Positions 40,885 to 53,958 of a stretch of DNA of 64,000 nt are shown here, in pieces. The number at the start of each line of letters is the position of its first letter. The first letter of the stretch is position 1. The notes beneath the pieces were generated by a model. It saw only the letters and a list, made by a program, of their open reading frames with translations. It was not told where the DNA came from and did no database searches. The stretch is from Octopus sinensis (lineage: Eukaryota). The position numbers were made by a program, and so were the translations under genes. Location: the NCBI RefSeq assembly GCF_006345805.1, contig NC_043008.1:70246001-70310000 (forward strand). The letters run 5' to 3'.

Positions 40885-41570
40885 ATACGTAAACCTAAGT
40901 GTATCCATACAAATCTGTCAAATTCAACTATATCTCTGGAGAATGGAAAAAGAAAAAAATGAACAGTTTTAATTGATTTTCAATCCTTATTGGTGGAGGG
41001 TCTTGTCAGAAATATCTACTTCACTTGACCAATCCCAGAGAGACAAGTAACCATTCTATTTACATATACACATCAGCGAACCGGTGATGTTAATTTGCCT
41101 ACCATTAATGTTTAACTTTATTTAATGTCAGTGACTTGTCATCAGAGAAGCCTGTTCACAATGTATCAAGATATGATATAATATATATATTCTCACATGG
41201 TCAACATCCAAGCATATCAGTTCTATCTATCTCTATGTAGATTAAAATAAAATTATGAACAACCTCAATCAATTTCTAACTCTTATTGGAGTCTTATCAG
41301 AGGTGTTTACAATACTTGACCAATCCCAGAGACACCAGTGGCTAATCCATTTATGTCTGCATCAAATCCAGTATCTTCAGAGTGCTAGAAGCCACTTATT
41401 TGCATATTAGTGTTTAAGATTTTATTTAATATCAAAGTCTTGTTAACAGAGAACTCAGTCCACACAGTATCAAGATATGATATATGTAAACCTATTTAGT
41501 AGACATACAAACATGTCAAATTTACTTATTTCTCTATAGATTAGAAAAATTAACCTCTTAATTATGTTGT
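40885..41570. repeat. Old tandem duplication with ~295-bp period (~2.3 copies)
   Basis: Shared blocks cttgaccaatcccagaga, tttatttaat and gtatcaagatatgatat occur at the same spacing in 40960-41250 and 41255-41550. Confidence 0.75.
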
Positions 41571-42559
41571 TTAATCATACTATTGGTATTGCTGTATGGT
41601 TAAGATATTATAGCTGTGATAGAAATTATGGAAGTATTTATGGACTATAGGGCCATTTGAGGTCTATAGAGCCATGTATGTAAAAGGCTGTTTATTAACT
41701 AATGAAAAATCTAGGGATTATAGCTTAGTCATCTGAAGGCTCATTGGAATAAGTTACTAGAGATTCTGGAACATTTTTCCTTTACTTGGAGGGATAAAAG
41801 CCAAACCCACCACTGGTGGGGCTTGAACCCAACAAAGTTGTTATTTAACATATTTAACAAGAAGTAGTACAGTACCACAAACTATGGAATGTTTTATTCT
41901 GAGATACCTTCTAATGTAAGAACCATACTACCTCTGCCTGTCAGTGTACAATGATTTGGAGAAATATTTTTAGCTTTGACTAAATAAAATTTAGTTGAAA
42001 GTTGATTCAGTAGGAAATACTCAGAGTATAAAGGAACACAACTAAATTTTATGATAGCTGGTGTATGACTAGAATGTGAGGGTGATTGATTCAACCAAAT
42101 AATATACATATTTTGTAATTTCAGTCAGGGGGAATGGAAAGTAAAGTTATCACTTGTATGATTTTAACATAGAATATAATTGGACAAACTGCTTAGCTTA
42201 ATCCACCATTATAGTATTTGAACCACCCTTTATCTTGATTTCTTGTATCATCATCAGGACACATATTTGAAAAGTATAGCTGATCAAATGAACCTCATTA
42301 TATGACTAGTATATATTCTGTTGACCCCTCTACCTTCAAATGAAAGGCAAAGCTGATCCAACTTAGAAGGTTTTAAATTCAAAATGTTAAACCTGTGTAA
42401 GTAAATACTACAAGGTTTCTACTTACTCAGTCTAGCACACTACACCCTCTGTCACACCACTAATCTGCTTTTTGTTACTTCACCTTGTTTTCTTACAAGT
42501 CATTGAACTGTGTAGATTGTTTTAGAAATATGATTAATGATTGTACAGTAGTGGTGGAG

Positions 42560-43200
42560 TGTTCAGCAAGAAGGCTTGCTGAAAACCTCCATTGTTCAAC
42601 AGTTTCACTTAACAGATCTTATTAGGATTATCTACTTCCTTTGATGGTTTTAGAATGTAACACCTTTATCACCATTTTTCTGTCGAAATACACTGACTTT
42701 GTCTCAATTAATTTTGAGCTTAATGAAGAAATTAGTAAAATAACTCTGTCATTATTAAGCTGGTGTTTTGAAACATAAATTAGCATGATATTTTGATGGA
42801 AGATTATTATGTAAATCACTTTGAAAGGTTCTAAAATATATCCAGGGGTAGTGCCAGGTGAGTTGGTATCAAAAGGGTTATGCATAATTGCTTAAAGGAG
42901 ATTTTTTTCTGTCAATTTAATTTGATAATCTCAGTTGACAAAATTTATTTTAATTTACTATATTACGTGAATTGGAACTCTCTGTAATAGTACTGTAATT
43001 TGTTATGTGTTATCAAGAGAGATTTTCATTTAGGGATGGGAAAAACTAGAGCTTCTATAGAGTGACTGAAAGATTGGAGAATTTGGGAAGATTAAAAAGG
43101 GGTTGTTATACAAGATTATTGGTTGTAATTCATTGTACTTGAGGAAAATATGTGTTGTGGTGGGTGGATGGTCCTGTCATTTGATGAGTTTAATGTAGAA
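42560..43200 (-). mobile_element. Degraded Penelope-like GIY-YIG endonuclease fragment
   Basis: Minus ORF 42628-42885 has KVIYIIIFHQNIMLIYVSKHQLNNDR, matching the NVIYxIxCxxCxxxYVGxTxxxLxxR spacing with decayed residues. Confidence 0.45.
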
Positions 43201-45029
43201 TAGGGTTTAACAGGAGAACTATCATTGAGAAACTGCAATCAAAACTAGACACTGAATCCTATGACAAGGCCAGTACTGAATCCATGTAAAATAAAATGTT
43301 ATGTACAGAAGCAAAAAACAGCGAGTTATATGAAGCTGATATGAACTTCTGATCTAAAAGCTGGTTGTTGAACAGTCTATCTAAGAATCTATATATCTGT
43401 TCTGTTTCTGAATTTCTACAAAATCAGAAGTGAAGACTAAAGAAAAAAGATTGATTGTTACTAAACAGGAAATATTAAAAATGTTTTCATAACTTTTTTT
43501 GCAAGAAGAAGGGTAGCTATCCTAATGAACTCTTCAGAGTACAAAACGTTTTAGATGATCCTGATTTTCAATGGCATAACACCTTTGGAGGTCTTATGAA
43601 CTATGAAGGGCCTATGAACCTTTGAAGTTGAAGCTTATTCTAAACTGGGAGCCTGGGCCTAGCTCTTTTCATCAGAATGGACACCACTAAAAGCACATGA
43701 AGGCTAAGTTGGATAATGGGTGATCAATAAAGTCTACCACATAAATATATTGTATTGGATTGATTAGACCATTTTGCTAGCATTTCACAATATCTATATA
43801 ACAATATCATCTGGATAGGATATTGAATACTTTATCCGTGGTAAATTTATGGTAGAAAGAACTGTTGTTGTGGTGATGGTATAAGCCCCAGATCAGCCCT
43901 GATGAAACAGAACTGGGATTAAAAAATTTTCCGGCCATAGCTATCCCATTGTATTCAGAATTAGTGTATTTGAGATCATATTATCCACTGAGTCTCTGTA
44001 GGCATGTGCATGTTTATATGTATGTATATGTGTGTGTATTAGATAGGATATCCACCAAGTGGTCGATATTTTCCTTGACCACAAGACATTACAATAAACC
44101 TTTAAGATTTGGTAATTAAGGATATTTTGTAAATTAATGAAAAAAAATTAGTTATCATTCCACCGGTCCACCCACCACCTGTTGAGCAGATAGTGGGGAA
44201 GAAGAGATAAAGAATGATACAGTACAAGGGGGGAACAGGCTGCATGCTCCAGCTGCCATAAGTATTGGCACTTGTAAAAGAGAGAGAGACTTGTAGAATA
44301 AGATGGATAGGTAGATAGATAAAGTGACATACACACACACACACACACGTGAGAAAGAAGCGGAGAGAAGAGATAACTTGATGATAGGTAAGGTACACCT
44401 TGGCTGTAGATAATTGCAGGGACTTTGTATGGTGGAAGGGGGTTCACCCCAGCCTTGTTTTTTTGGTAGATGAAGAGATTTGGGTAAATGGCATGTTTTG
44501 ATTTTGTTTCTTTAATTTTTTTTTTAATTAGAAAAAAAAAAAAAGAGAAATGACCTTCCTTAAAGACTTCCCAGACAGCTAGACAACTGCCTTAATAATT
44601 GTGTAATGATTCACAATATTGGTCAAAAGAGTCTTTCTGAAAGTAAAAATTTACAGAAAACAGACTTTAAATTTATTTACAGACGCATTGTTTTATCCTT
44701 CCAATTTATCCCACCACACCTGCTTTTTATTAAATTTTTTTTAAAGATTTTATTAACAAAATTACTAATTTGTAATAATACTTAAACAAAATATGAAAAT
44801 TAATCAAAAACTAATCTTCTGATATAAATTTATATCTCATAGCTTCAATTTAGAAATAAGCTTGTGTTGTAATAATAATTATCATTATCAATATTTTTTC
44901 AGGAATAAATTAACCATTATGAATTTAGAAATAAACTGATATTGCTGCATCCAATAAAGAACAGTTTATAATCATTAATTTTATCATTATTATTAATATT
45001 ACAATTGTTATTATAGCTATTATTATTAT

Positions 45030-45845
45030 TGGATGGCAGGATTATTAGAGTGCTGGATAAAATGTAATACATTATTTAGTTATGTCCCTTTGTGTTCTAA
45101 GTTTAAATGCTACCAGGGTCTTTTTTACTCTTCATTCATCCAAGATTGATAAAATAAAATACCAATTATGAACTGAGGCTGGTTTAATAAAATCTTCCCC
45201 TTCTCAAAGGCTGTGGCCTTGTACTTAAGTCTGACAGAATCATTTGAGTAACAGGGGGAAAATGCATTGTGTTATTTGTTCCAGCTTTTTATATTCTGAG
45301 TTCAAATCCTGCGAAGATTTTCTTTGCCTTTCATCCTCTGAGATCGATGGAATGAAATTCCAGTCTAGTTCTGGAATTCATATAATTGACAAACCACTCC
45401 TCCAAAATTTCAAGCCCTGTGCTTACTTTTACCAACACGACTGAGATTGATGAATTGGCGAAATCATGAAAATGTCTGACAAAAGGCATAGCAGTATCTG
45501 TTTGGCTCTTTATGTTTTGAGTTCAAATCTTCTGAGATCAACTCTGCCTTTCATCACACCTGTGTTAAGAAAAGAAATTACCTGTGTAGTATTGGGTTAG
45601 ATGTAATCAACAAACACCTTTCCTTCAAAGTCACTAGCCTCCTGCCTATATTAGAATCAATTCTTATAGAGCAATGATGGTAGAATGGTAGAGTACCAAA
45701 CTAAATACCTTGTGGTATTGAGTTATAACTGCCTACATTCTGAAGTCAAGTTACTTCTATGTCAGCTTTGTCTTTCATCTTTCTAGGTTCAAACTATTTA
45801 AGTACCAGTCAAGTACTAAGAGTCATTTAATTAATTTCGCCATCC
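45030..45845 (+). mobile_element. Head-to-tail array of four family C (Nin-like) SINEs
   Basis: Four ~200-bp units start near 45030, 45245, 45443 and 45668. Each has a gagttcaaat-like B box and a cctttcatc...gataaa...ccag-like core. Confidence 0.7.
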
Positions 45846-45983
45846 TACAGTTTGTGTCTCATAAATCCTCATTGTTTTCCATTTATTGTATTGTGCCCAA
45901 TGTTATAACCCCCCCCCATGACCAATGACAGAAATCACTACTATAATAATAATAATAATATCAATAATAATAATGATAATAAT

Positions 45984-46512
45984 GCCCTGATGTAGTACCA
46001 AGCACTGGCTCTCATGGATTCTGATCTCAACAGATTGGAAGTGTTATCATGTTCATGTTTTGTCTTGGTATAAAAGATGGGCTACAACAAATATTCTGCT
46101 CAATACCAGATTTGCTTGACAGTTGTTTGACCTTAACCAGTTGAGCATGTCCTTTGGTGGCTGATGATATATGCATCTCTGATCACAAGTAAAAGTAGTG
46201 GGGGAGCATCATAGTCATGTGTTGAGAGGAATTCTTTGGGGTTTGAATAATTTACCCCTGGAAGCATGGGTGTTTTGTTCAGCATCCTTAAACAACACTT
46301 ATTCAGGGACCTTTTGAGCAGGACGGGCTACTTGCCCCACCTGCAAAGTCATGTGTTGTTTATCTTGATATGAGACCACCATGTCACACACATATGGTTG
46401 TGATGCGTGTGCCTGGTGTACCCTCATCAGACTGGTAGCCATGATGAGTATTTTGGGCTTTGCATATTTGTACCCCAGTGTCACTTTGGTAGCATGCACT
46501 GCTTCCTCACTC
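45984..46512. mobile_element. ~530-bp non-coding interspersed element inserted in (TAA)n
   Basis: GC-richer unique-looking block with sharp boundaries. (AAT)n lies directly on both sides (~45945-45983 and 46513-46545). No ORF or TIR. Confidence 0.6.
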
Positions 46513-46545
<33 letters not shown>

Positions 46546-46639
46546 TACTAATTAACTGTTAATAATAAACTGTCTGTGGCTTGGCAGAAAGAACAAACAT
46601 TTTGATAGTGTTTTATTTTCAGCTACCACAGAAGAATGA

Positions 46640-46945
46640 AAATTGATACGGGCAGGATTTGAGCTCAGACTGTAAGGGGACAGAACTAAATAGAGTAATT
46701 AATGCTTATATACTACCTAGACACTGGTAATCCTTTCTAATATAGGCACTAGGCCTATATTATTTTAGCGGAGGGAGTTAGTTGATTATATTAACACCAG
46801 TGCTCCACTGGTACTTAATTTATCCATGATGAAAACAAAGATGGCCTTGGCAGCATTTGAACTCAGAATGTAGTGAAGCCAGAAAAACATGCTGCTATGC
46901 ATTTTGTCCAATGTGCTAAGGATTCTGCCAGCTTGCTGCTGCCTT
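46640..46945 (-). mobile_element. Two degraded family C SINE pieces
   Basis: Two atttga(g/a)ctcaga motifs (reverse-complement B box) with flanking family C sequence. Confidence 0.5.
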
Positions 46946-47302
46946 GACTGTATCACTAGTAATGCTTATGATAAATATAAATATGATCCTTTTATTTTGT
47001 TACTGACAAATGTGTGACTTTACTCAATGTCCTTATGTTGACAAATACACACACATGCACACACTCTTGCATACACCAACATTCATATATACAATTACGC
47101 AAGAAGAGAGTTAGACAGCAACATTATGCTTAATTTCTTCTAAGTGTAAAAAAACTAAAATAACAACAACAAAACTACCCCAGGATCAGACAAACAAGCA
47201 GTGGTGAGGATTAACATTTTGTTCCGAACAATTTCCAATAAATGTAGATTATCCGTTTACTAAAAATAATCCTTTCTGTATTAACTTTACCTGATCTCGT
47301 AG

Positions 47303-47353
47303 GAAACGTTCACCCTGAGAGCCATCCCAGCAATGACGAGAAGAAACCCAATG
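47303..47353 (+). CDS. Candidate 51-nt cassette exon of an unidentified gene
   Basis: ttaactttacctgatctcgtag|GAAACGTTCACCCTGAGAGCCATCCCAGCAATGACGAGAAGAAACCCAATG|gtaagt. Consensus donor, frame-preserving; the phase-1 reading is (G)NVHPESHPSNDEKKPN. Confidence 0.5.
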
Positions 47354-47429
47354 GTAAGTCTTAGTATAAGCTAACTATTGTATTACAGTCCAAAGTTTAT
47401 CTAAACACAAACGTTGCCTATGATGATGA

Positions 47430-47475
<46 letters not shown>

Positions 47476-48092
47476 ACTGTCTTTTTTTTTTTTCTTAATT
47501 TCAACGTAGCTGCAAATTTAGAGGCCAAAATGTTTGTTCATATATCCATCCTTATTTTTCATTGTTTATTATTTTTTTGTGTTTTGCTATTATTATTATT
47601 ATTATTAATTTTTACTATTATTACTACTTCAACTATTAATATCATTTTCACTATTCTTCTTCTTATCTTTTATTTATTTATTTTATTGTTATTATTATTT
47701 TTCAATGTCCTTGAAGTTAGTTTTTTTTTCTTTTGCTTTGCTTATGTGTATTTCTCATTTAAAGCATTTCAAAGAATTTGTTTTAAAAAAGCCAAGGGAA
47801 ATAACTCTAAACACTTTTTTTTTACTAATGGTCATTTTTAAAAATATTTTTTATATTTAAATATAATATAAATATACTCACACACGCACACACACACACA
47901 CATACATACACACACACACATATATATATACAAACACACACACACACCCTTTTCCCATTACCTTTGCATGTTACCACATTAGGCAATATGTTCAGCAAAA
48001 TACCAAATGTGTATGTATACATACATATATATACACACATGCTCACAAACACTCATGAATGTATTTGTGTGTGTATGTATATATATATGAAT

Positions 48093-48136
<44 letters not shown>

Positions 48137-49734
48137 CTGTCTGTCAGTATAAATAATAATAGTAGTAAATAATAGTAGTCTGACATATGTTGCTATTAAT
48201 AATTTAGACTATTGAAAAATATCATTATCATTATTATCATTATTATTATTATTAGCTTCAAACTATTGGAGGCTATTTCTAACCTCCAACCATATGTAAA
48301 TAGACGTTAGGCATCGAGGGAGAGGATAATTAAAATCTGGTTTTTGAGAGGGTTGGGTGTGAAGTCGATCATTATTAATTACATCGTTAACATGGAAGGA
48401 CAAGATTTTGGCAGTTTTTTTTTTCATTTTTAGTTTGTTTTTATTTTTCATCATCATCCCTCTCTGCTCTTTCTCTTTGTTTCTCTCTCTCTCTCTCTTT
48501 TCTTTTTTTTCTTTTTTGTAAACTTCAATTTTCACTTTAAGCATTAACATGTTTATTCTAATTTCTGCCTTAAAAAATGGAATTGATTATGTTCAGACAT
48601 GTGAATCAGTGACAACAAAAATAGACTATAAATCTCTGTGATATTGACCAAAGTTGGAATGCTTCCAAGTTTAAGGGGGAAAAAATTTTTTTTTCAAAAC
48701 ATTTGTTTATTCCTTCCGTCTTCTTAAAATTGGCATCATTTTGTCTGTCCAAGGTTGTGATAAGGTTAAAAAGGTCAAAACCATTGTTTTTACATTCTAG
48801 CATGTTAGCTTCCAAACATATCATCTCATATGCAGCTGTTCGTTTTGAAAAGCACTAGAATATTTTGGTTTATAACAAAAAAGATATCAGAAATGCAGAA
48901 TGGAAATAACAATAATAATAATAATAATAATAATGATAGTAATAATAACGATGATGATGATGATGATAATAAAATGTCAAAAAATATAAGATGCTAAAAA
49001 ATGTGGGGGAATGAAGTAAAATAAAATAGAAGTAGAGCGAACTCTTTTTGACTAATGGAAGCAGCATTTGTTGTTATCGCAACGTTGAGAGATGTCTGCA
49101 TGCATACTTTATTTGTTACCATTTGTAAAAGAGTGAGCTAGAGGGGGAGATAAACATGTATCATTCTATATTCCTTCAATGTATGTTATCTCTGCACTAA
49201 ATTGATTCCTAGCAGATTATTTATTGTACGGATTTACTTGTTTGCTATTTCAATTTTTAAATTAAATGTAAATTATAAATACTTGATAAAATTTGTCAAA
49301 ATTGGAAGCAAATTTCATTACAAGTCTCCAAGTTGTTAGTGCATTGTGTTAGGATCTTACATATACCATTTCTTTAACTTTTTACTGAAAAAATAAATGA
49401 TAATCCTGTGTAGATTGTTGCAATCATCCAATTTCTGTTTTATCTTTTTTTTTCTTCTCCATTTTCTTTCCTGTTAAGAAATGTTTGGTCCAAACATCGT
49501 TTTTACTCCCAACTTTATGCAAACATCCTTCTTTTTAATTCATTGACGACAATATTTACAGTTTCCCAGTAAATCACATTTGGTAATAGTTGTTATTACA
49601 CAGTACTGGGAAAGCTTTGGTCTATGAAAGAATTAAAGTTACTGCCAGCTCTGGATATACATTTAGAATACATACAAGTATTAGTAGCAGGAGCTGCTGT
49701 TGTACTGTGGTGGTGCCATCTGTGATCTATTTAA

Positions 49735-49933
49735 CCCTTTCGTTATCAACCCAGCTGAAGCCAGCTCTGGCTCTGAGTTTTGAACTAAAATTTTCTACCA
49801 AACCTTAGTCACAATTTATGTTCCTAACACTAGCTGAATGATAATTAAGTTATTTTACTAAATTCTTTGTTATATTTAAAATTAATTGAAAGAAGCACAG
49901 GTGCATCTCAAAATAAATTCAGTAAGGAAAGGG
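49735..49933. mobile_element. piggyBac-type MITE (199 bp)
   Basis: TTAA at 49731-49734 and 49934-49937. The termini CCCTTTCGTTA... / ...TAAGGAAAGGG form imperfect TIRs. Confidence 0.75.
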
Positions 49934-49974
49934 TTAAATTCTGAGATTTATCTAAGAACTTACGATTAAGGCTT

Positions 49975-50300
49975 GTGGCTTAGTGGTTAGGGCATTCAGC
50001 TCATGATCATAAGGTTGTGAGTTCAATTCCAAGTGATGCATTGTGTTCTTGAGTAAGACACTTTACTTCACACTGCTCCAGTCCACTCAGCTGCCAAAAA
50101 GGAGTAGTATCTGTATTCAAAAGACTAGCCTTGACACATTCTGTATCATGCTGAATCTCCCTGAGAACTATGTTACGGATAGACGTATCTGTGGAGTAGG
50201 GTACATATGCCAGCCGCTCACATGTTAATTTCAGAAGCAAGCTGTTCTGTTGATCGGATAAACTGGCATTCTCATCGTCGTAACTGATGAAGTGCCAGTA
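49975..50300 (+). mobile_element. SINE family A (tail type 1), full length
   Basis: A box ggcttagtgg, B box gagttcaattcc, core gtgttcttgagtaagacactttac, and 3' end ...gtcgtaactgatgaagtgcca. Confidence 0.85.
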
Positions 50301-50699
50301 AGATTAAGGACTGACAATTTACAAGAAAACTAACAAGTTAAAATTCTTTGATAACTATTGATTTCAATCATAGACACGAGCCACAAACCTCTTTATGGAG
50401 AGAGGTGGACTATATAGGATTATATCAACTGCAGTCCTTTGGGGATTGATAAAAACTTAGTTTAATCAAATCCAGCTGGAATCAAACTTTGCATACCTAT
50501 AAAGGTATGCAACTAAAATATAGCTAATCATTTTATCTGATACTTCACTGCCATTTTGTCTGATCCTCTCCTGATTTGGCCAAAACACAATTATTTTGTC
50601 TCATGTTCTACCAATTTTTCTAATCCTTCACTATTCTTTTGATATGAAATTCCGATTTCTTACGGAAACATTTCTTATTATTAAGTTCTAGTAATAAGG

Positions 50700-51080
50700 T
50701 GTATTGATAATTATTAGAAAGCATTTTGATAATCATTAAAATCTGCTTAGGGAATGGAAGTATAATGTTTATTTACAGCTTTTTACATTGGTGTATAGAT
50801 GTGAGCTGTACCTCCCCTTGGATAAAGTTATTACTGTATTTCACTTCATGGTCTCATTTACAGTTGTTTACATTGGGTTGTAACAGTGAGCTGTGCCTCT
50901 AATCATAAATGTTTTATAATTTCTTACACTGACCTATTTGAATGGTAGGTGTAGATGTTTTAGAATCTTGCTTCTACATACAACATTATGTTGGTGATTG
51001 GATATGAAGAGTGGAACATCCAGTACCCTGGCATTTAGCATATAGTCATATACTTTTCCGTAGGCTTGGTGAATTATTTC
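50700..51080 (-). mobile_element. Possible very old LINE reverse-transcriptase remnant
   Basis: Faint similarity to the RTQxV...GxPQG region on the minus strand; many stops. Confidence 0.25.
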
Positions 51081-51654
51081 TCTCTACAGCAATATGAAAT
51101 CAGATCCAACTGATTTTACTATATTCTCATCAAGCATATGGATATTAGAGAAAATTTTCAATGATAATGCTATGATGATGATAATGATAGCAACAACAAC
51201 AATGAATAATGACAATAATTACACACTTTCAGTTAAGTAATTTAGTTGGTGAAGCACAAATATAGATTTGGTGGGGTGGTGGGCTTTAATAAAACTTTTT
51301 AAGGGACAAAAATTGAAATGCTGAACCACATTGATATTGATATGCATGTTAGAACACAAACACATACATGCATGTGCATCTGTCTACTTACATGTACACA
51401 CACAATGTATGTATGTAAAAATATATGTAATACAAGCATACATATATATGTATGTTACATATATACCTGTACAAATATATACATGTTACATACATACTCG
51501 TACATATAAACTATGTATATATGTTACATGTATACACATATATACATGATATATACATATATTAATGTTTGTTTATATCTTAAGTTATAATAAAAACAAT
51601 TTTACATTGAAGTGAAAGATTCCGCACTGCTTTTTGTAGAGTACATACTTAGCA

Positions 51655-51720
51655 TTCTTTAACAAGAACAATATTGACAGTGACTTTGAAGGTTCAGCCT
51701 AGCACATTCTCATACTCAGG
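51655..51720 (-). ncRNA. Degenerate hammerhead-like repeat (copy H2)
   Basis: Minus strand reads ...ctaggc TGAAC cttcaaa GTC ACTG tcaatattgttcttgttaaagaa. The 5' core is decayed. Confidence 0.4.
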
Positions 51721-52990
51721 AATCAGACTGTGAACTGAAACTCTGAATTAGTCTCTTCCTGCAGACACTAAAACATTCAACATTCCAGATCAATAAGTTT
51801 TCTTTTTCTAATAGTTAAACATGAAAATATCACCTACTTTTCTCCCCACCCTTCACTACATCCATAAAAACTTTATTGCTTTCCATTAAATAAACATAGT
51901 AGAAATTATCTAAAATTTACTGAACATTCAGCCAAAAGATTCACAAAAAATTTTCTAATTTAAGGCACATAGGTACTCTCTCTCTCTCTCTTATACATAC
52001 AACAAAGGATGATAGATGATTAACTTAGCATAGAAATTATCTTTTTTTCTTCTGTGTATTTATTTTTATCTTTATTTCTATTTTTGTACATAATTATATG
52101 CACTCATTTATATAGTGTCCCACAATTGCATATATTCATAGGCCCAAAATAATACTTTACAAAATACCCATGCTTCAAACCAAATGGAAGAAATATTTCT
52201 AAAAAATACTCCACAAACTTTACCTCCCTAGAACACAAAGTTTGAATATTTTGAATAGTAATCAAATAATATCTATAACAATTTACTCCTCAAGATGAAA
52301 TCTGTGACAATTAAATATTACACCTACCTACATCCTTTTGTGAACATTAAAGCACAAGGTAAACTCCTTTCTATACTAACAACATGATGATCTAAAGTTG
52401 ACACACTTAAATCAACACCCCTAACCATGTAGTCTTTCTTACCTGTTTGACTGATAACTGCCACTTCCCCAAAACAAGTAACTAAAATCTCTGTAAAAAA
52501 AATTTACTGACCTACTAAGCTTTCTATCAACTTGCTTTAATTTTTAAACTCTTAAAAACTCCATTACCTAAGAGTTAACATACTGAAGTCAGCATCTAAT
52601 GACAAACATTTAAATGCTGGACTGAACTCTGAATTTTAACATTCACGTTTCTAAAAACAAAGGCTACCAAACAAACCAACAACTAAACCTAGTAACCATC
52701 TACTAACCAACTAACCTTTTCACCTATATACAGTCTTTTGTGAACCTTTAAAAACAACCCCAAGACCTGAAGCTGACACACTTAAATACACACTCCTGAT
52801 TATAAAATTCTGCATGCATGATTGAATTCTGAACAGCAATTCAACTCCAAATTCAATCAATAAAAATCTTCCATTATACCTTTCCATCACAATCTACCCT
52901 ACAACCTTGTTACAAAGCTCCTCTTAATTTAGAAAATTTTAGCGTAACAGATTATATAAAGCTAAGATGGACTATAAGCTCATATGTACC

Positions 52991-53055
52991 ACAGTCTAAT
53001 GAGGGTTTAACAAGCTGAAACATCATAGTCAGTCAATACTAATTCTTGTTAAATA
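52991..53055 (+). ncRNA. Degenerate hammerhead-like repeat (copy H3)
   Basis: acagt CTAATGA gggtttaacaagct GAAAC atcata GTC agtcaatactaattcttgttaaa. Confidence 0.5.
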
Positions 53056-53058
53056 ATA

Positions 53059-53096
<38 letters not shown>

Positions 53097-53166
53097 GCAT
53101 ACTCCATGTCTGTATATATAATGCATACTCCATGTCTGTATATATAATACACAGATATATATGTGA

Positions 53167-53215
<49 letters not shown>

Positions 53216-53463
53216 CAGAAAAGTGGAAGAGCAGGAGAAATAAAGACAAAATGTGTAGGCAGACAGATGATAATTTAAGACAAAATAAAAAAAATAATAT
53301 ATCAGGACTAATGAAAGATGATGAAGATGATATGAAATGAAATGACTGCAAGCCATAAATGCTGCACAAGACAGAGGTGCGGAGGGTGGGAACACCGGAA
53401 AATGATGACAAAATTTTGAAAGTGTTGATATCTATGATTTAAATGAAGTTTCAGGACATTTGA

Positions 53464-53511
<48 letters not shown>

Positions 53512-53747
53512 GTGTGTGTATGTGTGTTATTAATGAATCTTCTCTTGAAAAATATTTTGATGAACATAAATTTCCATCTGTTATATTTGGTTAAAATTTG
53601 GAAATGATTATCTTTCAGTAAAAAGAAAGGAAATGGGAAAAAAGGAAAACAAATATAGAACAACTAAACAAAAATATAAATCATGAATATGTATACATAG
53701 AAAGCCTAGTATTTGCCAGAATATGTACATATATATATATATATACA

Positions 53748-53783
<36 letters not shown>

Positions 53784-53920
53784 CATGTAGGTATATGTAT
53801 GTATGTATATACATATATTTGCATATATATGTTTACATGTGCAAATATATATATATGCACACACATGCTTATATATGTGTACATATTTGTGTGTGCATAT
53901 TTCACCCACATATATAAAAA

Positions 53921-53958
<38 letters not shown>

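Larger units (their letters stand above)
51655..53055 (+). mobile_element. Degraded Penelope-like element bounded by inverted hammerhead-containing repeats
   Basis: The C/A-rich interior has faint PLE-RT traces (QMEEIFLKN; xSIPxS). Copies of the hammerhead-like repeat sit at both ends in opposite orientation. Confidence 0.4.

Noticed and set aside
48606-48860. 82-codon minus-strand open frame after a weak acceptor
   Set aside because: It has no recognisable motif and its length is within chance expectation.
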